Shown here: positions 1-7,362 of the stretch, in pieces
How the letters are laid out: each line of letters starts with the position of its first letter
Position numbering within the stretch: position 1 is the stretch's first letter
NCBI GenBank assembly: GCA_035566495.1
Contig: DATMRG010000012.1
Coordinates: forward strand, 1-62,810
Length of the DNA stretch: 62,810 nucleotides
Direction: 5' to 3'
Source of the DNA: Steroidobacteraceae bacterium
Lineage (GTDB): Bacteria > Pseudomonadota > Gammaproteobacteria > Steroidobacterales > Steroidobacteraceae
The notes under the pieces: model-generated
Databases searched by the model: none
The model's input: only the letters and a program-made list of their open reading frames with translations
What the model was told of the DNA's origin: nothing
Position numbers and translations under genes: made by a program

Positions 1-1551
1 GAGATACTTCTCGAGCAGCTGCTGCGCCTCCGCCTCGAAGGAGGCGAACATCGCGCGGTGCACGTCCTCCTTCACCCAGCGGTTGTAGAACTCCTTGCGG
101 GCGGTCACCAGGTGGTCGATCCAGGCCTTCTTCTGCTTGGCATCCATACGCGCATCGCTCTCGATGGAGTCCTTGAGCGCCAGCAGCAGCTCCATGCTGG
201 TGAGGCTGTGGGTGTTGCCGCGGGTGATGGCGTTGGAGATCGCGTTGATGACGAAGCGCGGGCTCACGCCGGTCAGGCCCTCGTCGGGCACTTCGGCGCG
301 GAGGCGCTGCGCTTCGGTCTCGGGCATGCCCTCGACCGCCTCGCCGGCATAGAGCCGCAGCTTCTTGGCGACGTCGAGCCCTTCGCGCTCCGGCTTCACG
401 AGGCGCGTGAGGATGGCGAACACGGAGGCGAGATTCAGCACGTGCGGGTCGAGATGCACGTTGCGGAATGCCGGCGCACCCGACACCAGCTTCAGGTAGA
501 TGCGCGACTCGTCGCGGTAGGAGAGCGCGTAGGGGATCTTGATGATCACCATGCGATCGAGCAGCGCCTCGTTCTCCTTCTCCTGCAGGAACTTGTGGAA
601 CTCGGCAAGATTGGTGTGCGCCAGGATGGTCTCGTCGAGGTGAATCAGCGGGAAGCGCGACACCTTGACGTTCTTCTCCTGGGTGAGGGTCAGGAGCAGG
701 TAGAGGAACTCGCGCTTCACCTTCAGGATCTCGATCATCTCGAGCACCCCGCGGCTCGCGGCGTACACGGCGCCGGACCAGGACCAGGCGCGCGGGTCGC
801 CCTCGTCGCCGATCTGCGCGACCTTGGCGAGATCCACCGAGCCGACGAGATCGGCGATATCGGCGGTGGTCGGGTCGTGCGGCGCGTACGTGCCGATGCC
901 GACGCGCGAGGCCTCGGCGAGGAACACCCGCTCGACCGGCACGCGCACGAAGTCGCCCTCGTAATCGCGCTCGACGAAGTCGCGCGCCCAGGGCGAGAGC
1001 TCGCCCTGCACGCTGATGCCGTAGCGCTGGCGGAACTCGGCACGGAGACTGGTGGGAATGAGGTTCAGCGGGTTCTCGCGCAGCGGCGAACCGCGGATCG
1101 CGTAGAGCGCGCCCTCGTCGGTGCGGCTGTATTCCTCGAGCCCGCGCTTGAGCAGTATGGCGACCGTGGACTTGCCGCCCGACGGTGGCCCGAGCATCAA
1201 GAGCAGACGCCGTCCGACGTCGGAACCGGCGGCGGCGGCCTTGAAGTAATCGACCAGGCGCGACAGCGGCTCGTCGATGCCGAACAGCTCGTGCTTGAAG
1301 AGCTCGACCGCGCGCACGTTCTCGGCGGCGTCGGGCTGCGCGGCGCGGCCGTGCCAGCGCAGCATGTCCCAGATGTATTCGTGGCTCGTGCGCGCCAGTG
1401 CGCTCGGATTCGCCGGCAGGATGTTGGCGAGGAAATCCCCGAAGGTGCCTTCCCAGCGCTGCGCGCGGTGCAGCTTGCTGAAGGAACTCAGGGTGTCGAT
1501 GAAGGTGGCGTTCGAGCCGTGAGAATCCGAGTCAGCTCCGAGTGGTCGCAT
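1..1551 (-). CDS. prkA: PrkA/YeaG-family AAA-type serine protein kinase, N-terminal 517 codons (3' end lies beyond the left window edge)
   Basis: Absent from the ORF track because it has no stop inside the window. Hand translation of the minus strand from ATG 1551 (SD GGAGGG at 1560-1565) reads MRPLGADSDSHGSNATFIDTLSSFSKLHRAQRWEGTFGDFL... It contains the P-loop LLLMLGPPSGGKSTVAILLKRGLEEYS and GVLEMIEILKVKREFLYLLLTLTQEKNVKVSRFPLIHLDETILAHTNLAEF, and stays open in frame to nt 1. The plus-strand ORF 58..1623 is its antisense shadow. Confidence 0.9.
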   Translation of the reverse strand, partial: MRPLGADSDSHGSNATFIDTLSSFSKLHRAQRWEGTFGDFLANILPANPSALARTSHEYIWDMLRWHGRAAQPDAAENVRAVELFKHELFGIDEPLSRLVDYFKAAAAGSDVGRRLLLMLGPPSGGKSTVAILLKRGLEEYSRTDEGALYAIRGSPLRENPLNLIPTSLRAEFRQRYGISVQGELSPWARDFVERDYEGDFVRVPVERVFLAEASRVGIGTYAPHDPTTADIADLVGSVDLAKVAQIGDEGDPRAWSWSGAVYAASRGVLEMIEILKVKREFLYLLLTLTQEKNVKVSRFPLIHLDETILAHTNLAEFHKFLQEKENEALLDRMVIIKIPYALSYRDESRIYLKLVSGAPAFRNVHLDPHVLNLASVFAILTRLVKPEREGLDVAKKLRLYAGEAVEGMPETEAQRLRAEVPDEGLTGVSPRFVINAISNAITRGNTHSLTSMELLLALKDSIESDARMDAKQKKAWIDHLVTARKEFYNRWVKEDVHRAMFASFEAEAQQLLEKYL

Positions 1552-2223
1552 CGTCCTTACCCTCCGTTGAGCTCACCAGTCCCTGGATGCCGGCTCAGGC
1601 CGGCGGATCCGCCTGACGTCTAAACTTAGTCCCAACGTCCCCATCAAAAAGTGACGGCTTTCCGATCCTCGTGGACTGATTACGTTAAGAGTGTCACAGC
1701 AACGGATTGTTCGCGCCAGAGGCCCGGGACGCCACCACGCAGGCGGGAGCGCTGGCGCGGAAACGGCCGCGGCCCCTTAAGTGGCTGATTGCAAAGCTCT
1801 GCGCACGGCCCAAGGTGGTGCCTGCGCGCGGCGCGCACCCGGGTGGAATTCGCTGCAGACGGCGGCTCCCGGGCCGCGCCAGCCGGGGCCGGTTGCGCAC
1901 CCCGCGCCGCCTGCGGTTCTGCGGCCGCGCGGGCCGCGCCGGACCGCCGCCGCCTGCCGCTCGAGCCGCGCCCCGGCCGCCCCCCCTCGGCCGCCGCGCG
2001 CGAAGCGAGCAGTGGCTCTGACTTTGGGCATCGCCGTCGCCGCACCCCGACGCGCCCTATCGTTATTGTGAACTGACGCACTGCGCTTGCGGTGAGGCTA
2101 CATATCCTCCATCGGCGAGGAGTTGCGCGCTGGGTATTTGCCGTGCGCGGCGGCCTCACTTCACGGATGGAGGGGATTCTTCAGCTTTGTCCGTGACCGC
2201 AAATCAGGTGGGAGACACGCCAC

Positions 2224-4329
2224 GTGGCCAGTGCAGCATCCAGATCATCGCGTAATCCCGCTACGGCATCGTCCGCGACCGCCACTGGCGGGGCGACGAG
2301 CCTGCAGCCCTCGGTCGACGTCACCGCCATCACGACGCGCGACGATTTCCTGCTCGAGCTCGGCCAGGCATTGGGCGGCCAGGCGTCGATCCGCCCGGTC
2401 GATTCGGTCGAGGCCGCGCTCGAGAGCCTCGGCGCACACGCCAGGCGCGGCCAGGTCCTGGTCATCGACGCGCTGCATGCGAACGAGGTCCGCCCCGCGG
2501 TGGATGCCGCGCAGGCGCACGCCCCGCAAGCGGTAATCCTGGTGTTCGCCGCCGAGGCGATCGAGCGCCAGGTAGCCGCGGCTGTCAAGGGCTCGAGGGT
2601 TTTCGCCGTTCTCCCCTCCTCGCCGATCGATCCGCGGAAGACGCACGCGGTGTTCGCCGGCGTGATCGAGGAGGCGGCCGCGAGGAGAAAGCCCGCGGCG
2701 CCGCCGGCGGCAGAGCCGCCGCTCGCCGTGCCGGACGACCTCGAGCTCGAGTCCACCCGCAGCGCCGCGGCTCTCAAGGTTCCGGGCATGAGCGGCGGCA
2801 AGGGCCTCCTCATCGCCGGCGCGCTGGTCGCGGTGGCGGCAATTGCGGCCGGCGCCTGGTTCTTCACGCGCGGCGGCGGCACCGCCAACGCGCCGGTCAC
2901 GCCGGCGGCGCAGCCCGAGGCCGCGGCGCCGGCCGCGGCTCCCCCCGAGGCGGCGCTGCCCGCGGCACCGAGCCCGGATCTCTCGATCGTGCACGGTAAG
3001 GTGGACGAGCTGCTCGAGAAGGCCCGCCTGGCCATGCGCGAGCGCCGCTACACCGAGCCCACCGGTGACAACGCGCTGCTCTACTACCGCTCCGCGGTCG
3101 CGGCCAATGCCGCCAACGGCGAGGCCCGCGACGGCCTGCAGCGCGTCGCCGGCGTGCTCGCCGGCCGCTTCGACGAGTCATTGAGCGCCGGCCACCTCGA
3201 TGAGGCCGCGCAGAACTTCGCCAATTTCAGGGCCGCCGTGCCCGACGATGCGCGCGTCGCCGAGCTCGGCGCGCGGCTCGCCAACTCCCAGATCACCAAG
3301 GCGGTGGCCGAGGGCAACATCGAGCGCGCTGCCGCCCTCGTCAAGCAGGCGCAGCAATCGGGCGCCCTGCCGGCCGACCAGCTCGCCAGATGGAAGGGCG
3401 AGCTCGCCAAGCGCCAGGACGACGCCAAAATGCAGCGCCTCGCCGGCCTCGTCGAGGATCGCATCCGCGAGGGCAAGCTCGCCGACCCCGCCGACGACAG
3501 CGCCAGGTTCTACGTGCGTCAGCTGCTCACGGCTTATCCCTCGAGCCAGAGCGCCGTGCGCGCCCAACACGCCCTCGCCGGCGCTTACCTGCGCAAGGCG
3601 CGCGAAGCCGCGCTCGCCAGAAATGGCGCCGAGCAGGAGCGCTGGCTGAATGAGGCGCGCGGCGCCGGCGCATCCAGCAACGAAATCAACGCCTTCCAGC
3701 GCGATCTGGCCGGCGCCCAGGCCAAGGCCGCGCGTGCCGAGGGCGACCGCTTCGCGCAGCTGGCACGCGAGCGCGTGCGCGACGGCCGCCTCACCGACCC
3801 CGCCCAGGACAGTGCCGCTTTTTATCTGACGCAGCTGCAGTCGGCCGATCCGGACAACGCGGCGGTGGCTGCGGTGAGCCGTGACCTCGCGAAGCTGCTC
3901 CTCGAGCGCGCCCGCACCAGTTTGCAGGCGGGCAGGAGCGCCGACCAGGACCTCGCCGCCGCGCGCCGCTTCGGCGCCGACCCGAGGGACATCCAGGCCG
4001 CGCAGCAGGCGGGCGCGTCCAGGGCGGGCGCAAACGTCGATCCGGCGACCCTGGCCGCGAGTCTCAAGGCCGTGAAGACGGTGCCACCCGAGTACCCGCA
4101 GAGCGCTCTCGCCAAGGGCGTCTCGGGCAGCGTGCTCCTGTCCTTCACCGTCGACGGCAAGGGCGATACGCGCGACGTGCAGGTTCTGCAGTCGACTCCG
4201 GCCGGCGTGTTCGACCGCGCCGCCATCAGCGCCGTGAAGCGCTGGCGCTACAACCCGGTGATCGTGAACGGCAGCGCGGTCGAAGTCCCCGCCAAGACGC
4301 GGGTGCGCTTCGAGCTGCCGAAGCAGTAG
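2224..4329 (+). CDS. TonB C-terminal-domain protein with a cytoplasmic receiver-like N-domain, one TM helix and periplasmic helical repeats (701 aa)
   Basis: GTG start with GGTGGGAG about 9 nt upstream. The C-terminus VKTVPPEYPQSALAKGVSGSVLLSFTVDGKGDTRDVQVLQSTPAGVFDRAAISAVKRWRYNPVIVNG...RVRFEL is a TonB_C domain. TM helix LLIAGALVAVAAIAAGAWFF is flanked by Pro/Ala-rich linkers. Three repeats are present: RYTEPTGDNALLYYRSAV, KLADPADDSARFYVRQLL and RLTDPAQDSAAFYLTQLQ. The N-terminal ~150 aa has an alternating beta/alpha pattern (QVLVIDAL, AVILVFAA, VFAVLPSSP). Confidence 0.85.
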   Translation: MASAASRSSRNPATASSATATGGATSLQPSVDVTAITTRDDFLLELGQALGGQASIRPVDSVEAALESLGAHARRGQVLVIDALHANEVRPAVDAAQAHAPQAVILVFAAEAIERQVAAAVKGSRVFAVLPSSPIDPRKTHAVFAGVIEEAAARRKPAAPPAAEPPLAVPDDLELESTRSAAALKVPGMSGGKGLLIAGALVAVAAIAAGAWFFTRGGGTANAPVTPAAQPEAAAPAAAPPEAALPAAPSPDLSIVHGKVDELLEKARLAMRERRYTEPTGDNALLYYRSAVAANAANGEARDGLQRVAGVLAGRFDESLSAGHLDEAAQNFANFRAAVPDDARVAELGARLANSQITKAVAEGNIERAAALVKQAQQSGALPADQLARWKGELAKRQDDAKMQRLAGLVEDRIREGKLADPADDSARFYVRQLLTAYPSSQSAVRAQHALAGAYLRKAREAALARNGAEQERWLNEARGAGASSNEINAFQRDLAGAQAKAARAEGDRFAQLARERVRDGRLTDPAQDSAAFYLTQLQSADPDNAAVAAVSRDLAKLLLERARTSLQAGRSADQDLAAARRFGADPRDIQAAQQAGASRAGANVDPATLAASLKAVKTVPPEYPQSALAKGVSGSVLLSFTVDGKGDTRDVQVLQSTPAGVFDRAAISAVKRWRYNPVIVNGSAVEVPAKTRVRFELPKQ

Positions 4330-4345
4330 AACAGGAGCAACTCCG

Positions 4346-6532
4346 ATGACCCTGAGCGGCACCGACCGCCGTCGCCAACTCATCACCGCCGGTATCGGCA
4401 CGGTGCTCACGCTCGTCATGGGCGCGGTGCTGTTCGTCGGCTTCCGCATCGCGACCCAGATGCGCGCCAACATCACCGCGCTGCAGACGGCGAGCTCGCT
4501 GCAGAACTATCCCGACGACATCACCCAGCAGCTCACCTCGCTCCGCGACCGGCTCGAGGCGCGCGCCTATTCGGGCCAGGCGCTCGAGGACCTGCAGGGC
4601 ACGGTGCGGCGCTTCGACCGGCAGCTGAAGGAGCTGAACGCCGCCGGCGCAATCCACTCGCCCGAGCTTGCGCGCGCGCTGCAGCTGTGGCGCGAATACG
4701 GCCCGGTGATCGAGCCGGTCGTCAGCTTCAACGCCCAGCCCTACGTGGACTCGGACACCTCCGGCAGCACGCTGTCGCGCGAGGGACGCGCGCACTACGC
4801 CGAGGTGAAGCGCGCCCAGCTGTTCGCCACCGACAATGCCAAGGTGCTGCAGGCGCAGCTGGCGACGCTCGCCACTTCGCTCCAGCACGAGGCCTCGGAC
4901 GCCGCCGCGCGCCTGCGCGCGCTGCTGTCGATCGGCGTGGTGGCGGCGCTGGTGCTGGCCGCCGCCGCCGCCTGGTTCCAGTTCACCCGCTCGCGCCACG
5001 AGCGTGTCGCGCGCGAGGCGCAGGAGCAGACCCGCGACATCCTCAAGACGGTGCGCGAGGGCTTCTTCCTGCTGGACGCCGACTATCGCATCGGCTCGGT
5101 GTGGTCGGAGGCGCTGACGCGCATGTTCGGGCGCGACGACTTCGCCGGCCTGTCCTTCGAAGAGCTGCTCAGGGACCTGGTGCCACCGGCGACCCTCGCC
5201 ACCGCCACCAAGTACATCAAGCTCCTGTGGGGCGAGCGCGCCCACGAGAACCTGATGAAGAGCATCAACCCCCTGGGTCAGCTCGAGATCACCATGGACA
5301 ACGGCCACGGCGGCCGCGAGACGCGCTACCTGCAGTTCGATTTCCACCGCGTCATGGGGCCGGCGGGCATCAAGCACGTGCTGTGCGCGGTCGGCGACAT
5401 CACCTCCGGCGTGCTCCTGGCGCGCGAGCTGCAGGAGTCGCAGGAGAACGCCAACGCCCAGGTCGACATGATGCTGGCGATGATGCACATCGACCCGCTG
5501 CAGCTGGTGTCGTTCCTCGACGGCGCCGAGACGGGGCTGAAGCTCGTCAACACCATTCTCAGGGAGCCGGCGCGCAGCGACGCCGAGTTCCGCAAGAAGC
5601 TCTCCGGACTGTTCCGCGAGCTGCACTCGATCAAGGGCGAAGCCTCGGCGCTCAGCCTCACGAGCATCGCCGCGCGCGTGCACGCGCTCGAGGACATCGT
5701 CAGCGAGCTGAAGAAGAAGGCCGAGCTCTCCGGCAACGACTTCCTGCCGATGGTATTGAAGCTCGACGACCTGCTCGCGCATCTGCGCTCAGTGCGCGAG
5801 ATGGCCGGACGCCTCACGGCGCTCAAGGAGAGCGCCACCGCCGGCGCCGGTACCACCGCCTTCACCGCCCCCGCCGCGGTGGCGCCGGCCGCGCCGCCGC
5901 CTGCGCCCGCGCCGAGCCAGCAGCCCGCCGCGCGCACCGCGCCGCAGTACGCACGGCGCGCGGAGGATCTGGCGCCGACACTGCATTCGCTCGCCGAGCG
6001 CCTGGCGCAGGATCACGGCAAGCGCTTCCGGCTCAAGCTCGCCGGCCTCGCCGACGTGCCGGCCCCGTACGTAGCGACCGTCAAGGACTGCCTGATCCAG
6101 ATGCTGCGCAACGCCGCGGTGCACGGCATCGAGGCGCCCGAGGTGCGGCGCTCGCTCACCAAGCAGGACATCGGCGTCGTGAGCGTCACCTTCCAGCGCA
6201 GCGCCGACTCCTTCGACCTGATGTTCGAGGACGACGGCGCCGGCATCGCGCCCGACACGCTCAAGGCCGCCGCGGTGCGCCAGCAGCTCATCACCGAGGA
6301 CGAGGCCGCCGCCATGGACACGCGCACCGCGATGGCGCTCATCTTCCGCCCCGGCTTCTCGACCCAGGACGACGTGTCGATGGACGCGGGCCGCGGCGTC
6401 GGCATGGACGTCGTGGCGCGCAGCGTCTACGCGCTCGGCGGCAGGATCGGCGTCAGCACGCACCCGGGGAAGTACACCCGTTTCAAGATCTCGCTCCCGG
6501 CCGGTCAGGCCTCGAGCAGCGCGGTCGCCTGA
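4346..6532 (+). CDS. Membrane-bound CheA-like histidine kinase: 2 TM + periplasmic helical sensor, PAS-like domain, Hpt, CheA-type ATPase (P4); no CheW-like P5 domain
   Basis: ATG 4346 is preceded by AGGAG. TM1 is ITAGIGTVLTLVMGAVLFVGF and TM2 is LLSIGVVAALVLAAAAAWFQF. The Hpt motif is FRELHSIKGEASALSL. The CheA-type catalytic domain reads VKDCLIQMLRNAAVHGIE...MFEDDGAGI...IFRPGFSTQDDVSMDAGRGVGMDVV...GKYTRFKISLP. The protein ends 10 aa after the ATPase. Confidence 0.88.
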   Translation: MTLSGTDRRRQLITAGIGTVLTLVMGAVLFVGFRIATQMRANITALQTASSLQNYPDDITQQLTSLRDRLEARAYSGQALEDLQGTVRRFDRQLKELNAAGAIHSPELARALQLWREYGPVIEPVVSFNAQPYVDSDTSGSTLSREGRAHYAEVKRAQLFATDNAKVLQAQLATLATSLQHEASDAAARLRALLSIGVVAALVLAAAAAWFQFTRSRHERVAREAQEQTRDILKTVREGFFLLDADYRIGSVWSEALTRMFGRDDFAGLSFEELLRDLVPPATLATATKYIKLLWGERAHENLMKSINPLGQLEITMDNGHGGRETRYLQFDFHRVMGPAGIKHVLCAVGDITSGVLLARELQESQENANAQVDMMLAMMHIDPLQLVSFLDGAETGLKLVNTILREPARSDAEFRKKLSGLFRELHSIKGEASALSLTSIAARVHALEDIVSELKKKAELSGNDFLPMVLKLDDLLAHLRSVREMAGRLTALKESATAGAGTTAFTAPAAVAPAAPPPAPAPSQQPAARTAPQYARRAEDLAPTLHSLAERLAQDHGKRFRLKLAGLADVPAPYVATVKDCLIQMLRNAAVHGIEAPEVRRSLTKQDIGVVSVTFQRSADSFDLMFEDDGAGIAPDTLKAAAVRQQLITEDEAAAMDTRTAMALIFRPGFSTQDDVSMDAGRGVGMDVVARSVYALGGRIGVSTHPGKYTRFKISLPAGQASSSAVA

Positions 6533-6541
6533 GCACGCACG

Positions 6542-6916
6542 ATGAACGCCAGGCGGCCCATGAAGCTGATGATCGTCGATGACTCGAATATCATGCGCCG
6601 CCGCATAGAGCGCTCGCAGCAGTTCGAGGAGCTGCAGCTGGTCGGCACCGCCGGCAACGGCATCGAGGCCATCGAGCTCTTCAAGCGCACCGATCCGGAC
6701 GTCGTGACCATGGATCTGACCATGCCGCGCATGGACGGCATCGAGTGCATCAGCCGCCTGGTGGCCCTCAAGCCCGAGGTCCGTATCCTGGTGGTCTCGG
6801 CGCTGGCCGACAAGGCCACCGCGGTCGAGGCGATGGAGAAGGGTGCCAACGGCTTCCTCAACAAACCGTTCACCGACCGGCAGCTGAACGAGGCGATCGC
6901 GGAGCTGATGCGCTGA
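6542..6916 (+). CDS. Single-domain CheY-like response regulator (124 aa; alternative start ATG 6560)
   Basis: KLMIVDDSNIMRRRI...DVVTMDLTMPRMDGIE...ILVVSALADK...GANGFLNKPF gives a full receiver signature (DD, D, S/T, K-P). Confidence 0.92.
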   Translation: MNARRPMKLMIVDDSNIMRRRIERSQQFEELQLVGTAGNGIEAIELFKRTDPDVVTMDLTMPRMDGIECISRLVALKPEVRILVVSALADKATAVEAMEKGANGFLNKPFTDRQLNEAIAELMR

Positions 6917-7362
6917 TGTTGCACGAACAGGAGCTGAAGACTTTCGTCGAGGGGACGACGAACTTCTTCGAGGTGGCGGCCCAGCAGCCGGCCTCGATCG
7001 GCTCCCCCTACCTTCTGGAAGGCATGCCCCAGGTACACGAGTACACCGGCGTCATCAATATCTCCGGCAAGCGCGAGGGTGTGGTGTTCTTCACCGCGCC
7101 CAAGGCGATGCTGACCGTGCTGCTGATGAAGATGCAGGAGAACGACTTCAGCCACGAGACCATGCGTGATCTGGTGGGCGAGGTCGCCAACACCATCTCC
7201 GGCAACGCGCGCCGCGACTTTGGCCGTGAGTTCGTGATCTCGGTGCCGTCGGTGCTGTCGGGCGAGAAGCCCGCGATTCCGCAGCGGCCCGGCCTGCGCT
7301 CGTTCATCATCCCGATCAACTGGCGCAGTCATTCGGCCAAGCTGGTCGTCTCCCTGACCTAA
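6916..7362 (+). CDS. CheX-family protein (CheY-P phosphatase fold), 148 aa
   Basis: ATG 6916 overlaps the CheY-like stop (TGATG). The sequence runs MLHEQELKTFVEGTTNFFEV...YTGVINISGKREGVVFFTAP... and carries the CheC/CheX-type motif D-x3-E-x2-N in RDLVGEVANTISGNA. The track ORF 6745..7362 is the same frame extended upstream into the CheY gene. Confidence 0.8.
   Translation: MLHEQELKTFVEGTTNFFEVAAQQPASIGSPYLLEGMPQVHEYTGVINISGKREGVVFFTAPKAMLTVLLMKMQENDFSHETMRDLVGEVANTISGNARRDFGREFVISVPSVLSGEKPAIPQRPGLRSFIIPINWRSHSAKLVVSLT

Noticed and set aside
58-1623. 521-aa plus-strand ORF covering the left end of the window.
   Set aside because: It is antisense to a clear PrkA reading frame (P-loop and family blocks on the minus strand). 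The translation is Ala/Arg/Gly/Val-rich with no recognisable motif. This is a typical high-GC shadow ORF.
1552-1700. Sigma-54 (TGGCAC-N5-TTGC) promoter upstream of prkA or of the tonB-like operon.
   Set aside because: I looked for the GG-N10-GC spacing. The near-matches (TGACGCACTGCGCTTGC at about 2074-2090 and TGGGTATTTGC at about 2131-2141) have the wrong spacing.
1680-2159. Cluster of overlapping 60-160-aa ORFs on both strands in the prkA/tonB-like spacer (1680-2159, 1694-1900, 1707-2021, 1777-2031, 1781-2071, 1789-2076, 2123-2536).
   Set aside because: All translate to Arg/Pro/Gly/Ala low-complexity peptides. They are mutually exclusive, lack convincing SDs and have less biased third positions than the real genes. 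I treat the region as non-coding (see findings).
3178-5782. Long minus-strand ORFs 3178-4476 (432 aa) and 4226-5782 (518 aa).
   Set aside because: They are antisense to the TonB_C protein and the CheA-like kinase, both of which have unambiguous domain signatures. No motifs are present in the antisense translations.
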